This document shows, one piece after another, positions 13,325 to 26,420 of a stretch of 64,000 bases of DNA; positions within the stretch are counted from its first letter, which is position 1; each line of letters begins with the position of its first letter. Position numbers and translations under genes: made by a program. The stretch covers positions 106,332,001 through 106,396,000 of the forward strand of contig NC_086108.1 in assembly GCF_963921235.1 (NCBI RefSeq), read 5' to 3'. The notes below the pieces were generated by a model. It ran no database searches. It saw only the letters and a list, made by a program, of their open reading frames with translations, and was not told the origin of the DNA. The DNA is from Mobula hypostoma. Its lineage: Eukaryota.

Positions 13325-16300
13325 TAATCATAGAACCATAGAACCATTGAACACTAATAAATAAATAAATAAAGGCATCCGTTAGTCTTGTGAGACCATG
13401 GATCTGCACCTGGAAAGTCTTCACTCTCCAGGGCGCAGGCCTGGGCAAGGTTATATGGAAGACCAGCAGTTGCCCATGCTGCAAGTCTCCCCTCTCCATG
13501 ACACCAATGTTGTCCAAGGGAAGGGCATTAGGACCCATACAGCTTGGCACCAGTGTCGTCGCAGAGCAATGTGTGATTAAGTGCCTTGCTCAAGGACACA
13601 ACACGTTGCCTTGGCTGGGTCCCGAACTCATGACCTTCAGATCGCTAGTCCAATGCCTTAACCACTTGGCCACGCGCCCACAACATTGAACACTACAGCA
13701 CAGAAAACGGGCCATTCGGCCCTTCTAGTCTGTGCCAAAACTGTATTCCGCTAGAGCCATTGATCTGCTCCCAGTCCATAACCCTCCAGACTTCTCCCAT
13801 CCATGTATCTTTCCAATATATTCTTAAAACTTAAGAGTAAGCCCGCATTTACCACGTCAGATGGCAGCTCGTTCCACACTCCCACCACTCTCTGAGAGAA
13901 GAAGTTCCCCCTATACCTTTCCCCTTTCACCCTAAAGCCATGTCCTCTCATATTTATCTCTCCTAATCTAAGTGGAAAGAGCCTACTCGCACTTACTCTG
14001 TCTATACCCCTCATAATTTTGTAAACCTCTATCAAATCCCCCCCTCATTCTTCTACGCTCCAAGGAATAAAATCCTAACCTGTTCAATCTTTCCCTGTAA
14101 CTCAACTCCTGAAGACCCGGCAACATCCTAGTAAATCTTCCCTGCACCCTTTCAATCCTTCCTATAGTTAGGTGAGCAGAACTGCACACAATACTCCAAA
14201 TTTCACCTCACCAATGCCTTATACAACCTCACCATAACATCCCAACTCCTATACTCAATAGTTTGATTTATGAATGCCAGGATGCCAAAAGCCTTCTTTA
14301 CAACCCTGTCTACCTGTGATGCCACTTTCATGAAATTATGTATCTGAACTCCCAGATCCCTTTGTTCCTCCACACTCCTCAGTGCCCTACCAGTTACTGT
14401 GTATGTCCTACCTTGATTTGTCCTTCCAAAATGCAACACCTCACACTTGTCTGCATTAAATTCCATCTGCCATTTTCTGGTCCATTTTTCCAGTTGGTCC
14501 AGATCCCTCTGCAAGCTTTGAAAACCTTCCTCGCTGTCCACAACGCCTAATCTTAGTGTCATCAGCAAACTTGCTGATCCAATTTACCACATTATCAACT
14601 AGATCATTGGTAAAGACAACAAACAACAATGGTCCTAGCACAGATCCCTGAGGCGCACCACTAGCCACAGGCCTCCAGTCTGAGAAGCAATCATCCACTA
14701 CCACTCTCTGTCTTCTCCCACACAGCCAATTTCGAATCCAGTTTACAACCTCTCCATGGATACCTAGTGTCTGAACCTTCTTAACTAACCTCCCATGTGG
14801 GACCTTGTCAAAGGCCTTACTAAAGTCCATGTAGACAACATCTACAGCCTTTCCTTCATCTACTTTCTTGGTAACCTCCTTGAAAAACTCTACAAGATTC
14901 GTTAAACACGATCTACCACGCACAAAGCCATGCTGACTATCCTTAATCAGCCCTTGGCTGTCCAAATACTTTGTATATCCGATCTCTCAGAACACCTTCC
15001 AGTAATTTATCTACTACTGATGTAAGGTTCACCAGCCTGTAATTACCTGGTTTACTTTTGGAGCCTTTTTTAAACAACGGAACAACATGAGCTATCCTCC
15101 AATCTTCCAGCACCGCACCTTTGGCTAAGGACATTTTAAATATTTCTGCCTGGGCCCCTGCAATTTCTACACTAGTCTCTCTCAAGATCTGAGGAAATAT
15201 CATGTCAGGCCCGGGGGGTTTATCTACCTTTATTCGCTGTAAGGCAGCAAGCACCTCCTCCTCTTTAATCTCTATATGTTCCATGACACTACTGCTTGTT
15301 TCCCTTCCTTCCATGTACGCTATGCCAATTTCCTGAGTAAATATTGATGCAAAAAAATTGTTTAAGTTCTCCTCCATCTCGTGAAGCTCCACACATGGAC
15401 AACCACCCTGATCTTGACCCTGACCAATTTTGTCCCTTACTATCCTTTTACTCTTAATATACTTGTAGAAACCTTTTGGGTTTACCTTCACATTATCTGC
15501 CAAAGCAAGCTCATGTCTTCTTTTTGCCTTCCTGATTTCCTTCTTTAGTATTTTCTTACATTTTCTATACTCTTCAAGTACCTCATTTGTTCTTTGTTGC
15601 CTATACCTGCTACACACCTCTCTCTTTTTTTTAACCAGATCACCAATATCCCTTGAAAACCAAGTTCCCTTTGCCTGTTAACTTTGCCTTTAATCCTGGC
15701 AGGAACATGCAAACTCTGCATTCTCAAAATTTCAGCTTTGAAGGCCTTCCACTTACTGAACACATCCTTGCCAGAAAACAACATATCCCAATCCACTCTT
15801 CCTAGATTCCTTCTCATTTCCACAAAATTGGCCCTTCTCCAATTTAGAATCTCAACTCGAGGACCAGACCTATCTTTATCCATAATTAACTTGAAACTAA
15901 TGACATTATGGTCACTGGACCCAAAATGTTCACCTACACATGCTTCTGTCAGCTGACCTCTCTGGTTCCCTAATGGGAGATCAAGTATTGCATCCTCTCT
16001 CTTAGGTACCTCTATATATTGATTTAGAAAACTTTCCTGAACACATTTGACAAACTCCAAGCCATCTACCCCTTTCACAGTGTGGGAGTCCCATTCAACA
16101 TATGGAAAGTTAAAATCCCCTACTATTACAGCTTTCTGTTTCTTACATCCGTCTGCTATCTCTCTATAGGTTTGCTCCTCCAATTCTCTCTGTCTATTGG
16201 GTGGTCTATAATACAACCCTGTTAGTGTGGTCACATCTTTCCCGTTCCTCAGCTCCACCCATATGGCCTCTGTAGACAAGCCCTCCAGGCTGTCTGTCTA

Positions 16301-17432
16301 CGCACAGCTGTGATATTCTCTCTGACTAGTAATGCCACTCTTCCCCCTTTCATCCCTCCCCCTCCATCACGTCTGAAACAACGAAACCCAGAACTTTAAA
16401 CTACCAGTCCTGCCCCTCTGCAACCAAATCTCAATAATAGCAATAATGTCGTAATCCCACGTGCCAATCCATGCCCTAAGCTCTTCTGCCTTACCTACAA
16501 TACTCCTTGCATTGAAATAGATGCATCTGAGAACATTTCTATCATGTGCAAACCTTTGATTTCTGTCTATACATGCAGTCCTCGCATGACCTTTATCCAC
16601 CTCCACCTCACTATCTGCTCTAACACACTGGTTCCCCTCCCCCTGCAAATCTAGTTTAAACCCCACCAGAGCAGCACTGGCAAATCTACCCACAAGAATG
16701 TTGGTCCCCCTCCAGTTCAGGTGCAAACCGTCCCGTCAGAACAGGTCCCATCTTCCCTGGAACAAAGCCCAATTGTCCAGAAACATGAAGCCCTCCCTCC
16801 TGCACCAACTCCTTAGCCACGTATTCAGCTGCATTATCTTCCTATTTCTAGCCTCACTAGCACATGGCACTGGTAGCAATCCTGAGCTGGCAACCCTGGA
16901 GGTCCTGTCCTTTATCTTTGCACCTAACTCCCTAAACTCTCTTTGCAGGACCTCCTCCTCCTTCCTATCCACATCATTGGTCCCTACATGGACCACGACA
17001 TCTGGCTGCTCACCCTCCCTCTTGAGAATACCGAGAACTCGATCCAAGATATCGTGGACCCTGGTACCAGGGAGGCAACAGACCATCCGGGATTCTCAAT
17101 CTCTCCCACAGAACCTCCTATCTGTCCCCCTAACTATCGAATCCCCTATCACTACTGCTCTCCTCTTTTCCCTCCTTCCTTTCTGAGCTGAGGATCCAGT
17201 CTCGGTGCCAGAGACATGACCACTACAACTTGTCCCTGGTAGGTCGCCCCCACCAACAGTAACCAAAACGGTATACTTATTCTTGATGGGAACGGCCACA
17301 GGGGTGCTCTGCTCTTTCTGTCTATTCCCCTTCCCTCTCCTGACAATCACCCAGCTACCTGCCTCCTGACTTTTAGGGGTGACTGTCTCCCTGAAACTCC
17401 TGTCTATTTCTGCCTCTGCCTCACGAATGATC
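13325..17432 (-). mobile_element. Near full-length CR1 LINE, frameshifted (ORF1 SGNH/GDSL esterase; ORF2 APE + RT)
   Basis: 'VVIGDSIVR', 'VVVHVGTND', 'IVGDFNFP', 'QHGFVRGRSCLTNL', 'DFSKAFDKV', '[11 protein letters not shown]', 'KFADDTK'; (ttctatgg)n-type tail; split over many short ORFs. Confidence 0.95.
13357..13683 (-). mobile_element. tRNA-derived SINE with CORE-like segment and (TTTA)n tail
   Basis: 5' GGGCGCGTGGCCAAGTGGTTAAGGC (A box), GAGTTCG (B box), 'gtgtccttgagcaaggcacttaa'; 12-bp TSD cattgaacacta at 13345-13356 and 13684-13695. Confidence 0.85.
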
Positions 17433-18693
17433 ACAGAACTCGATACTAAGCGATGGAATAAATCAAAGCAGATTTATCTCCTCAGAGGAAGTAAGATATT
17501 TTACAAGATTTTTATTCATAAATCTGTCACCTTAAAATGCTGAGTGCACGTTTTCAAGATTCTGTATCATCTCTCTGATGGGAGTAATAGGAAAAGGACA
17601 TGCGCTGGGTTGTGGGGGTCCTTAATGATGAATGCTGCCTTCTTAAGTCATTGTGTTTTGAAGATGTCCTTGCTGGATGTCCTTGTACCATCCTAATAGG
17701 CCACTAGCAACATCGCAGGCACATTGTATTAGAGACACAATATTCATAAGAAAACCATGAACAAAATTTACAGTATACCAAATTATACACAAACAACCAC
17801 AATTAGAATACAAAAAAATTTCCATTGACTATAAGACAATAAAACCTTAAGGCATAAGAGCAGAATTACATCATTCGGTTCATCAAGTCTGCTCTGCCAT
17901 TCCATCATAGTGGATTTATTTTCCCTCTCAACCCTGTTCTCCTGCTTTCTGCTTGGCATTTTTGATGCCCTTACTAATCGCGAATCCATCAACGTTCACT
18001 TTAAATATACCCAATGACTTGGCCCCCACAGCCACCTGTGGCAATAAATTCTGTTGTGCTATACTGAGGTAGTGAAAAGACTGTGCTTGTTGGTTCCGGA
18101 AATGAATGGTTGAAGGCAAGTAGCTGTTCCTGAACCTGGTGCTGTGTGCCTTCAGGCTTCTGTATCCTGTGCCTGATGGTAACTGTGAGAAGATGGCAAA
18201 GAGTGGGTGGTGGGGTTCTTTGATGACGGATGTTGCCTTCTTGAGGTAGCACTTCATGCAAGTACAACTGATAATTGGGAGGGATGTGCCCATGTTGCAC
18301 TGGACCTCAATTAAGGCCCCCCGCCACCCAGGACATGGCCTCTTCCCATTAAAACCATCATCGAGGAGACAGAAGAGCTTGATGAACTTGAACTGAACTT
18401 TTGAGGAAGGCTTCATCTCCTCCACCATCAAATTTCTGAATGGACAAAGAATGCATGAACACTACCTCACTATTTTTGCTTATTTTTCACCTATATACTT
18501 AACTTATATATTTTATTGCAATTTATAGTATATTCTATTTATTGTACAGTACTGCTGCTGCAAAACAACACATTTCAGAATCTAGGTTTGTTTTCAGTAC
18601 ATCTGTAAAGGGATGTCCAAGTACCTGGTGACATACCAAACCCCCTCAAACTTCTTCGAAGCGAAGTCTCTGACATGCCTTCCATGTGATTGC

Positions 18694-20230
18694 ACACGCA
18701 GTCAGTGGCCTCTTCATTAGGTATACCTTTACACCTGCTTATTGAAGGAAATATTGAATCATCTAATCATGTGCCATCAACTCAATGCATAAAAGCATGC
18801 AGGCACGGTCAAGAGCTTCAGTTGTTGTTCAGATCAAACATCAGAATTGGGAAGAAATGTGCTGTAAGTGATTTTGACCGTGGAACAATTGGTGCTGCCA
18901 GACAGGATGGTTTGAGTATCTCAGAAACTTCTGATCTCCTGGGATTATTATGTACAGTTTACAGTGAATGGGGTGAAAACGAAAATAAGAAACATCCAGT
19001 GAGTGGCTGTTCTGTGGGTGAAAATGCCTTGATAGTGAGAGAGGTCAGAGGAGGATGGCCAGACTGGTTCAAGCTGAGAGGAATGAAATGAAATAAATGA
19101 AATATCGTTATTGTCATTGCATAGTACAATTTGTCATGCACCAATACAGCAAAAATGAGTTTGCAACTCTCGTACTCAATGCTATAAAACAACAAATAGA
19201 ATAAATAAACAATAAATAAAATCAGGTAACCAGCCAGTATGAGCAATGTCCAACAGTACAAAAGCACAACTCAGATGCATGACAGCCATAAAACCAGTAT
19301 TAAAGTAGCAATATAACAAATTTATGGTTGATGCTTGATCGATTAGTTCAGAGCAGTTATAGCTCTGGGGAAAAAGCTATTTTTCAGTCTAGAAGTGCGG
19401 GCATAGAAAATCTTATGACATCTGCCAGATGGAAGAAGTTCAAACAGATGATTGCATGGGTGTGTATGGTCCTTACAGACACTTGTAACTTTCCGTAGGC
19501 AGCGAGAGCTGTGGGTGTCCTCCAGGGCTGGGAGCTGTGTCCCGATGATCTTCTGTGCGCTAGAGACGACCCGCTGAAGTGCTTTCCTATCAGCTGCTAT
19601 ACAACTGAGATACCACACAGAGATGCAGTATGTTAAGATGCTCTCTATGGTGCAGCGGTAAAAGGTCACCAGCATCTGTTCAGGTAGACCAGCTTTCTTC
19701 AGCGTCCTGAGGAAAAACAAGCGTTGCTGTGCTTCCTTAACTATTGTTGTGGTGTTAGTGGATCATGTCAGGTCTTCTGAGATATGTATTCCCAGAAACC
19801 TGAAACTGGACACTCTCTCCACTATGTCTCCGTTAATGTAGACTGGAGCGTACTCGTCCTCCCGTGACTTTCCAAAGTTGATAATTAGCTTCTTAGTCTT
19901 TGATGTATTAAGAGACAGGTTGTTCTCTGAGCACCAGCTCACTAAGTTCTGTACCTCCGCTCTGTACGCTGATTTGTCTCGGTTGGAGATCAACCGGATC
20001 ACTGTTGGGTCGTCTCCGAATTTGACGATTTCGCAGATGACACAACAGTGAAGGTGACAGTAACTCAACTAACCACATGTTACAACAGTGGTGTGCAGAA
20101 GAACATCTCTGAATGCACAACACATTGAAACCTGAAGTGGATGGGCTACTGCAGCAGAAGACCACGAACACGCACTCAGTGGCCACTTCATTAGGTACAG
20201 GAGGTGTCTAATAAAGTGGCTGTTGAGTAT
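18694..20230 (+). mobile_element. Internally deleted Tc1-like element interrupted by a Rex1-like LINE
   Basis: Termini 'cagtggcctcttcattagg' / 'ctaataaagtggctgttgag'; transposase N-term 'GKKCAVSDFDRGTIGAARQDGLSISETSDLLG'. Confidence 0.7.
19080..20050 (-). mobile_element. Rex1/Babar-like LINE 3' fragment
   Basis: 'LSLNTSKTKKLII', 'FRFLGIHISEDLT', 'FYRCTIESILTYCISVWY', 'ELLPSGR'; (TTTCA)n tail at ~19080. Confidence 0.85.
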
Positions 20231-21367
20231 ATGTGCAAAGCCCATACGTACACAGGAGGAAAGTCTAATTTCTCCAAATTCAAAGTTCATTTATTCCCAA
20301 TGCATGTATGTGTCAGCATATGCTGCCCTGAGATGCACTTCCTTGTAGGCATTCACAATAAAACAAAGAAATACAATAGGTTCAATGAAAAATCTACACA
20401 CAAAGATGGAGAAACAACCAATTTGCAAATGAACACAAATTGCGCAAATGAAAAAAATAAAGTAAAATGATACTGACAACACAAGTTGTAGAGTCCTTGA
20501 AAGTGAGTATATAGGTTGTGGAATTAGTTCAGAGTTGAGGGAAATGAAGTTATCACTCAGTGGTTCAGAAGTCTGATGGTTGAAGGGTAATAACTGCTAC
20601 TGACCCTGGTAGTGTGGGATCTAAGGCTCCTGTACCTCCTTCCTGATGGTAGCTGTGAGAAGAAAGCATGGCCTGCATAGTAGGTATCTTTGATGATGGA
20701 TGCTTTTTTTCTTGCGGCAGCTCTCTTTGTAGCTGTGCTCAATTTTTGGTTGTTCTACCACAACAAAGGGGAGAACGTCCTTTCTTTAATTTCCCTTTGT
20801 GCTCTGAACCAGGAACAATCTGTAGGAAAGGATATTAATGCACTGATACCTTCACTGGTATCAACGCACATAGTCCGTCGGGCAAAGCAGCCTAAGTCAT
20901 TCACACAGGGCATGATGAGAAAATGCCGAACATGCCGGATGGCCTACGTCTGTTCCTGTTTCCTGTGCTCTTATGTAGTTAATAGCTCTAAATTATCACA
21001 GTACATTAGTTACCAGTTCTTCCATTACTTACGAGCTCTACGTATTCAGATAACGAATTTGAATATGGCCTAAGTATTGATACTCATGAATTTATTGGAC
21101 TTCATCTGGAGAGTGAGTCTAACATGAACTGTGTTGTTCCTTCTGCTCATTGAAACTTATCGAATATTGAAATGTCTAGATAGAGTGAATATGGAGAGAA
21201 TGTTTCCTACACTGGGTGAGTCTAGGACCAAAGGGAACAGCCTCAAAATTGAAGGATGTCCTTTTAGAACAGAGGCGAGGAAACATTTCTTTAGTCAGAG
21301 GGTAAAGAATATATGGAATTCATTGCCCGAGACAGCTGTGCAGGCCAAGTCATTGAGTGTATTTAAG

Positions 21368-21673
21368 CAATACAGACAAAATGCTGGAGGAACTCAGCAG
21401 GTCAGGCAGCATCTATGGAAAAGAGTACAGTCAACATTTCAGGCCAAAACTTTTCTGAAGAAAAAAGGAAGAAGAGTCAGATAAAAATTTTAAAAAAGAG
21501 AAGAAAGAGAAAAGAGAAAAAAGTAAGACCTTCAGTTAGTCCTGACGAAGGGTCTCGGCCTGAAACGTCGACTGCGCCTCTTCCTATAGATGCTGCCTGG
21601 CCTGCTGCGTTCACCAGCAACTTTGATGTATGTTGCTTGAATTTCCAGCATCTGCAGAATTCCTGTTGTTTGC
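21368..21673. mobile_element. Inverted pair of PLE 3' ends inside a CR1 3' end
   Basis: Left arm 'aaaatgctggaggaactcagcagg..catctatggaaaagagtacagtc' is inverted relative to right arm 'gactgcgcctcttcctatagatgctgcctggcctgctg'. Confidence 0.75.
21538..21573 (+). ncRNA. Minimal type I hammerhead ribozyme motif in a PLE terminal repeat
   Basis: AGTC-CTGACGA-AGG(gtctcgg)CCT-GAAAC-GTC-GACT: stem I AGTC/GACT, core CUGANGA and GAAA, GUC triplet, palindromic ACGU replacing stem III. Confidence 0.8.
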
Positions 21674-21699
21674 GTTTAAAGACAGAGATTTGTTCATTA

Positions 21700-21980
21700 T
21701 GGGCAGTGTCATATGATGTGGACGCTCGTGGTCTTTCCAGGACCATGACTGTTCTTGGCAAGTTTTTCTACAGAAGTGGTTTGCTATTGCCTTCTTCTGG
21801 GCAGAGTCTTTACAAGACCGGTGACCCCAGCCATTATCAATACTCTTCACAGATTGTCTGCTTGGTGTCAGTGGTCACATAACCAGGACTTGTGATATTC
21901 AACAACTGCTCATACAACCATCCACCACCTGCTCCCACAGCTTCACATGATCCTGGTTTGGTGGGAGCTAAGCAGGGCCT
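21700..21980 (-). mobile_element. Short non-autonomous retroposon, RTE-related
   Basis: Same family as 36053-36405 and 44800-45135; contains 'gaagaaggcaatagcaaaccacttctg', resembling the RTE/BovA-type motif. Confidence 0.55.
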
Positions 21981-22389
21981 TTGGTAGTGGCGTCCCTTCA
22001 CCCCGCCACTCAAGGATGTTGATACGTTCTTGATTAATCAGGACATCAAGGGTTACAGGGAGAAGGCAGGAAAATGGGGTTAAGAGGGCTCATAAATCAG
22101 CATGTTGGAATGGCAGCGTATACTTGATGAGCTGAATGGGCTATTTTTGTTCCTATGTCTGATGGTCTTATGGTCTCGGTGAAGGCTGATAAAAGATACA
22201 AAAGAAATGTCTTTGCATCAATACCTAGGCCACATTCAAATTCATTATCTGAATACATACAGCTCGTAAGTAATGGAAGAACTGGTAACTAATGTACTGT
22301 GATAATTTAGAGCTATTGACTACATAAGAACACAAGAAACAGGAACAGATGAAGGCCATCCAGCATTTTGAGCCTGCTCCACCATTCAA

Positions 22390-22985
22390 AGGTAGGAGGT
22401 AAGGAAAACAAATGCAATGTTAACATTAATTTCAAGAGGACTAGAATATATAGGCAAGGATGTAATGCTGAGGCTTTATAAAGCATTGGTCAGACCACAC
22501 TTAGAGTATTGTAAGCAGTTTAGTCCCTTATATATGAAAGGATGCACTGGAATTGTAGAGGAACTGTAGAAGTTTCAGGAGAATGATCCTGAGAATTGTA
22601 GAGTTAACATATAAGGAGCATTTCATGGCTTTGGGCCTGTAGCCAGTGGAGTCTAGAAGTATCGGGGGAATTTTGAGAGATCTAGATAGGGTGAAAGTGG
22701 AGAGGATATTTCCTGTAGTGGTGGAGTCTAGTATCAGAGAGCACAGCCTCAAAATTGAAAGACGTTCACTTGGAACAGAGGTGAGGAGGAATTTCCACAG
22801 CCAGAGAGTGGTGAATCTGTGCAATTCATTGCCACAGGTGGTTGTGGAAGCCCAGTTATTGGGTAGATTTAAAGTGGAGCTTGATAGGTTCTTGATTTGT
22901 CAGGGCATTACAGGTTATGGGGAGAAAGCAGGAAAATGAGGATAGGAGGGATAATAGATCAGACATAATGGAATGGCTGAGCAGA
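22390..22985 (+). mobile_element. Older CR1 3' fragment
   Basis: 'RNFHSQRVVNLCNSLP' CR1 ORF2 C-terminus. Confidence 0.8.
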
Positions 22986-22986
22986 C

Positions 22987-23780
22987 TCATAGAACATATA
23001 GAACATAGAATAGTGCAGCACAGTACAGGCCCTTTGGCCCACATTGTTGTGCCGACCCTCAAACCCTGCCTCCCATATAAACCCCCATCTTAAATTCCTC
23101 CATATACTTGTCTAGTAGTCTCTTAAATTTCACTACTGTATCTGCCTCCACCACTGACTCAGGCAGTGCATTCCACGCACCAACCACTCTCTGAGTAAAA
23201 AACCTTCCTCTAATTTCCCCCTTGAACTTCCCACCACTTACCTTAAAGCCATGTCCTCTTGTATTAAGCAGTGGTGCCCTGGGGAAGAGGCGCTGGCTAT
23301 CCACTCTATCTATTCCTCTTATTATCTTGTACACCTCTATCATGTCTCCTCTCATGCTCCTTCTCTCCAGAGAGTAAAGCCCTAGCTCCCTTAATCTCTG
23401 ATCATAATGCATACTCTCTAAACCAGGCAGCATCCTGGTAAATCTCCTCTGTACCCTTTCCAATGCTCCCACATCCTTCCTATAGTGAGGCAACCAGAAC
23501 TGGACACAGTACTCCAAGTGTGGTCTAACCAGAATTTTATAGAGCTGCATCATTACCTCGCAACTCTTAAACTCTGTCCCTCGACTTATGAAAGCTAACA
23601 CCCCATAAGCTTTCTTAACTACCCTATCCACATGTGAGGCAACTTTCAGGGATCTGTGGACATGTACCCCCAGATCCCTTTGCTCCTCCACACTACCAAG
23701 TATCCCGCCATTTACTTTGTACTCTGCCTTGGAGTTTGTCTTTCCAAAGTATACCTCCTCACACTTCTCCGGGTTGAACT
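22987..23780 (-). mobile_element. Young CR1 3' fragment
   Basis: Open 210-aa ORF 23059-23691 '[12 protein letters not shown]...RVVGAWNALP'; (ttctatg)n-type tail; same subfamily as 31350-33235. Confidence 0.92.
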
Positions 23781-24559
23781 CGATGAACCAAAAGACCTAA
23801 TTCTGCTCCTATGCCTTATAGTCTTGTGGTCTTATCATCAATAAAAACATAGCTGATCTGGTTGTGGATTCATCTCTACTGATCTACCTTTTCCCCATGA
23901 ACCTTAATTTTCCTGTTATGTAAAAAATCTATCAAACTGTGTGTTAAAAATTTTTAATGAGGTAGTCTCTCCTGTTCCTCTGGGCAAAGAATTCCACAGA
24001 TTCTCTGGAAAAGCCAGTTTCTCTTCATCTCCGTCCTAAATCTATTACCCTGAATGTTGAAGTTACGTCCCATTTACCAGTGGAAACAACTTTCCTCCCT
24101 GTAATCTAACCTGTTTCATAATTTTATATAGTTGTGTGAGATTCACTCATTCATTTAACTTTTTTTGGTTGTTTATTTATGATTTAATACTTAATAATTC
24201 TGAAAGATTGACAGTAAGACTTTTCCCCAGGATAGGGGAGTCCAGTACTACAGGGCATAGATTTAGAGTGAAATAGGAAAGATTTAAATGCAGAGAGTGG
24301 TGAATGTACAGGATGGAACGAGATGCCAGAGGAAGTGGCTGAGGCAGGTAAGAAGCCCTTGGATAGGTACATGGAGGAGGAGGGAGGAGAGATTAGTGGG
24401 ATATGGGTCTAGTACAGAAAATTGGGAATAGCTGGGTATGGACTGGTTGGCACAAAGGGCCTGTATCACTTTATGACTCTATGGTGGACTAGGAGCTAGA
24501 ACAAGAACATTGTCCATCTACATTGAACAATCTGCTAATATCATGGTCAACATTACTAT

Positions 24560-25208
24560 GTCATTAGATTATGAGGACACGCAGTCCTCTTTTATTGTCA
24601 TTTAGTAATGCATGCATTAAGAAATGATACAATGTTTTTCCAAAATGATATCACAGAGACACATGACAGACCAAGACTGAAAAACTGACAAAAACCACAT
24701 AATTATAACATATAGTTACAACAGTGCAAAGCAATACCGTAATTTGATAAGAACAGACCATGGGCACGGTAAAGTCACAGAGTGTCTTGAAAGTCCCATC
24801 ATCTCATGCAGACGGTGAACCTCCAGCGCCGCAAACTTGCCGATGCAGCATCCTGGAAGCATCCGACCACAGTCCAACTCCGAGTCCATCTGAAAACTCG
24901 AAGCCTCCGACCAGCTCTCCGACACCGATGCACCGAGCACCATCTCTGCCGAGCGCTTCGACCCCGGCCCCGGCAACAGGCAATATGCAAGGCTGAGGAT
25001 TTGGGGCCTTCCTTCCGGAGATTCTCGATCGCACAGTAGCAGCGGCAGTGAAGCAGGCATTTCAGAAGTTTCTCCAGATGTTCCTCCGTGCTTCCTCATG
25101 TCTGTCTCTATCAAATCAGGATTGTGCATAACATCCTACTTCACAGATACGATATCAATTTGGAATGGCCGCGCATGATGCGTCGCGTTGCCGTCTTCTC
25201 TTCCCTCC
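24560..25208 (-). mobile_element. CpG-rich non-autonomous element with LINE-like tail
   Basis: Minus strand begins GGAGGGAAGAGAAGACGGC; CpG-rich body; 3' 'gacaataaaagaggactgcgtgtcctcataatctaat'. Confidence 0.5.
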
Positions 25209-25724
25209 TTTAACAATTTAACATTTTCTGTTAAATTCCAATTTTATTTTCTTTTACTTACTTGAATTTGAATTCCCCAGCTGTCACAGCAGGATTTGAA
25301 CTTAAGCCACTTGATCAATTGTCCAGAACTCTAGCTGCTTGTCCAGTAACTTAATCACTACTCTACCATGTTTGTAAGTCCTACCACTGATTACTAAAGC
25401 TCAAGCTTAACTAAATGGACAGAACTGAAAAGAGTGTGGAATCTTTAGAGTCCACGTGCATGGAGTAAGCATGGTTATTAGAGTTTTTGAGTCATAGAGT
25501 GATGCAGAGTAATCTATCCATGTCGATCAATCAGCGTCCATCATCACAGACCCTCACCATCTCACCTATGCCCTTTCTCTCTGCTGCCATTGGGAAGGAG
25601 GTACTGGAGCCTTAGAACCCACAGTTTCAAGTTCAGAAACAGTTATTACCCCTCAACCATCAGGCTCCAGAATCAGAGTGGGTAACTTCTCTCACCTCAG
25701 CACTGCTTCATGACACATGCTATA

Positions 25725-26420
25725 GCCATCGTGGATTTTGATATTGTAAATTGGGAAAATTGTGTCAGTGCTGGATCCCAAGAGACGGAAGTTCATGAAT
25801 GCCTATGAGATGGATTTTTTAGAGCAGCTTGTGCTCTACATTGAGCCCACTAGGTGAATGCTAAATCTGGACTGGATGTTATGTAATGACCCAGATTTAA
25901 TTAGGGAGCTTAAGGTAAAGGAAGCCTTAAGTGATCATAATAAGATGGAATTCACCCTGCAGTTTGAGAAGGAGAAGCTAAAATTGGATGTATCAGTATT
26001 ACAGTGGAGTAAAGGGAATTACAGAAACATGAGAGAGGAGCTGGCCAAAGCTGATTAGAAGGAGACACTGGCAGGGATGATGGCAAAATAGCAAAGGCTG
26101 AAGTTTCTGTGGGCAATTTAGAAGGCATAGGATAGATATATCCCAATGATGAAGAAGTATTCTAAAGGGAGGATGAGGCAATCGTGAGTGATAAGGGAAG
26201 CCAATGACAGCATAAAAGCAAAAAAGAGGGCATATAATATATCAAAAATCATTGGGAGGTTAGAGAAATGGAAGCTTTTTAAAACCAATAGAAGACAACT
26301 AAATAAACCATTAGGAGAGAAAAGATGAAATATGAAGATAACCTAGCCAAAAATATTGGAATGGTGGAATAGGCTTGATTGGACAAGTGGCCAATTTCTG
26401 CTCCTATGAGTTATGGTGTT
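25725..26420 (+). mobile_element. CR1 fragment (APE/linker joined to 3' end)
   Basis: 'LDWMLCNDPDLI..SDHNKMEF..WSKGNYRNMREELAK'. Confidence 0.75.

Noticed and set aside
13610..13683. tRNA gene (also ~30560-30627 and V-SINE heads)
   Set aside because: tRNA-like heads continue into SINE bodies, with tails and TSDs in the two CORE-like copies; no complete cloverleaf evident
14456..16279. Functional RT/endonuclease genes
   Set aside because: CR1 ORF2 is broken by frameshifts; all RT-like ORFs in the window are fragments
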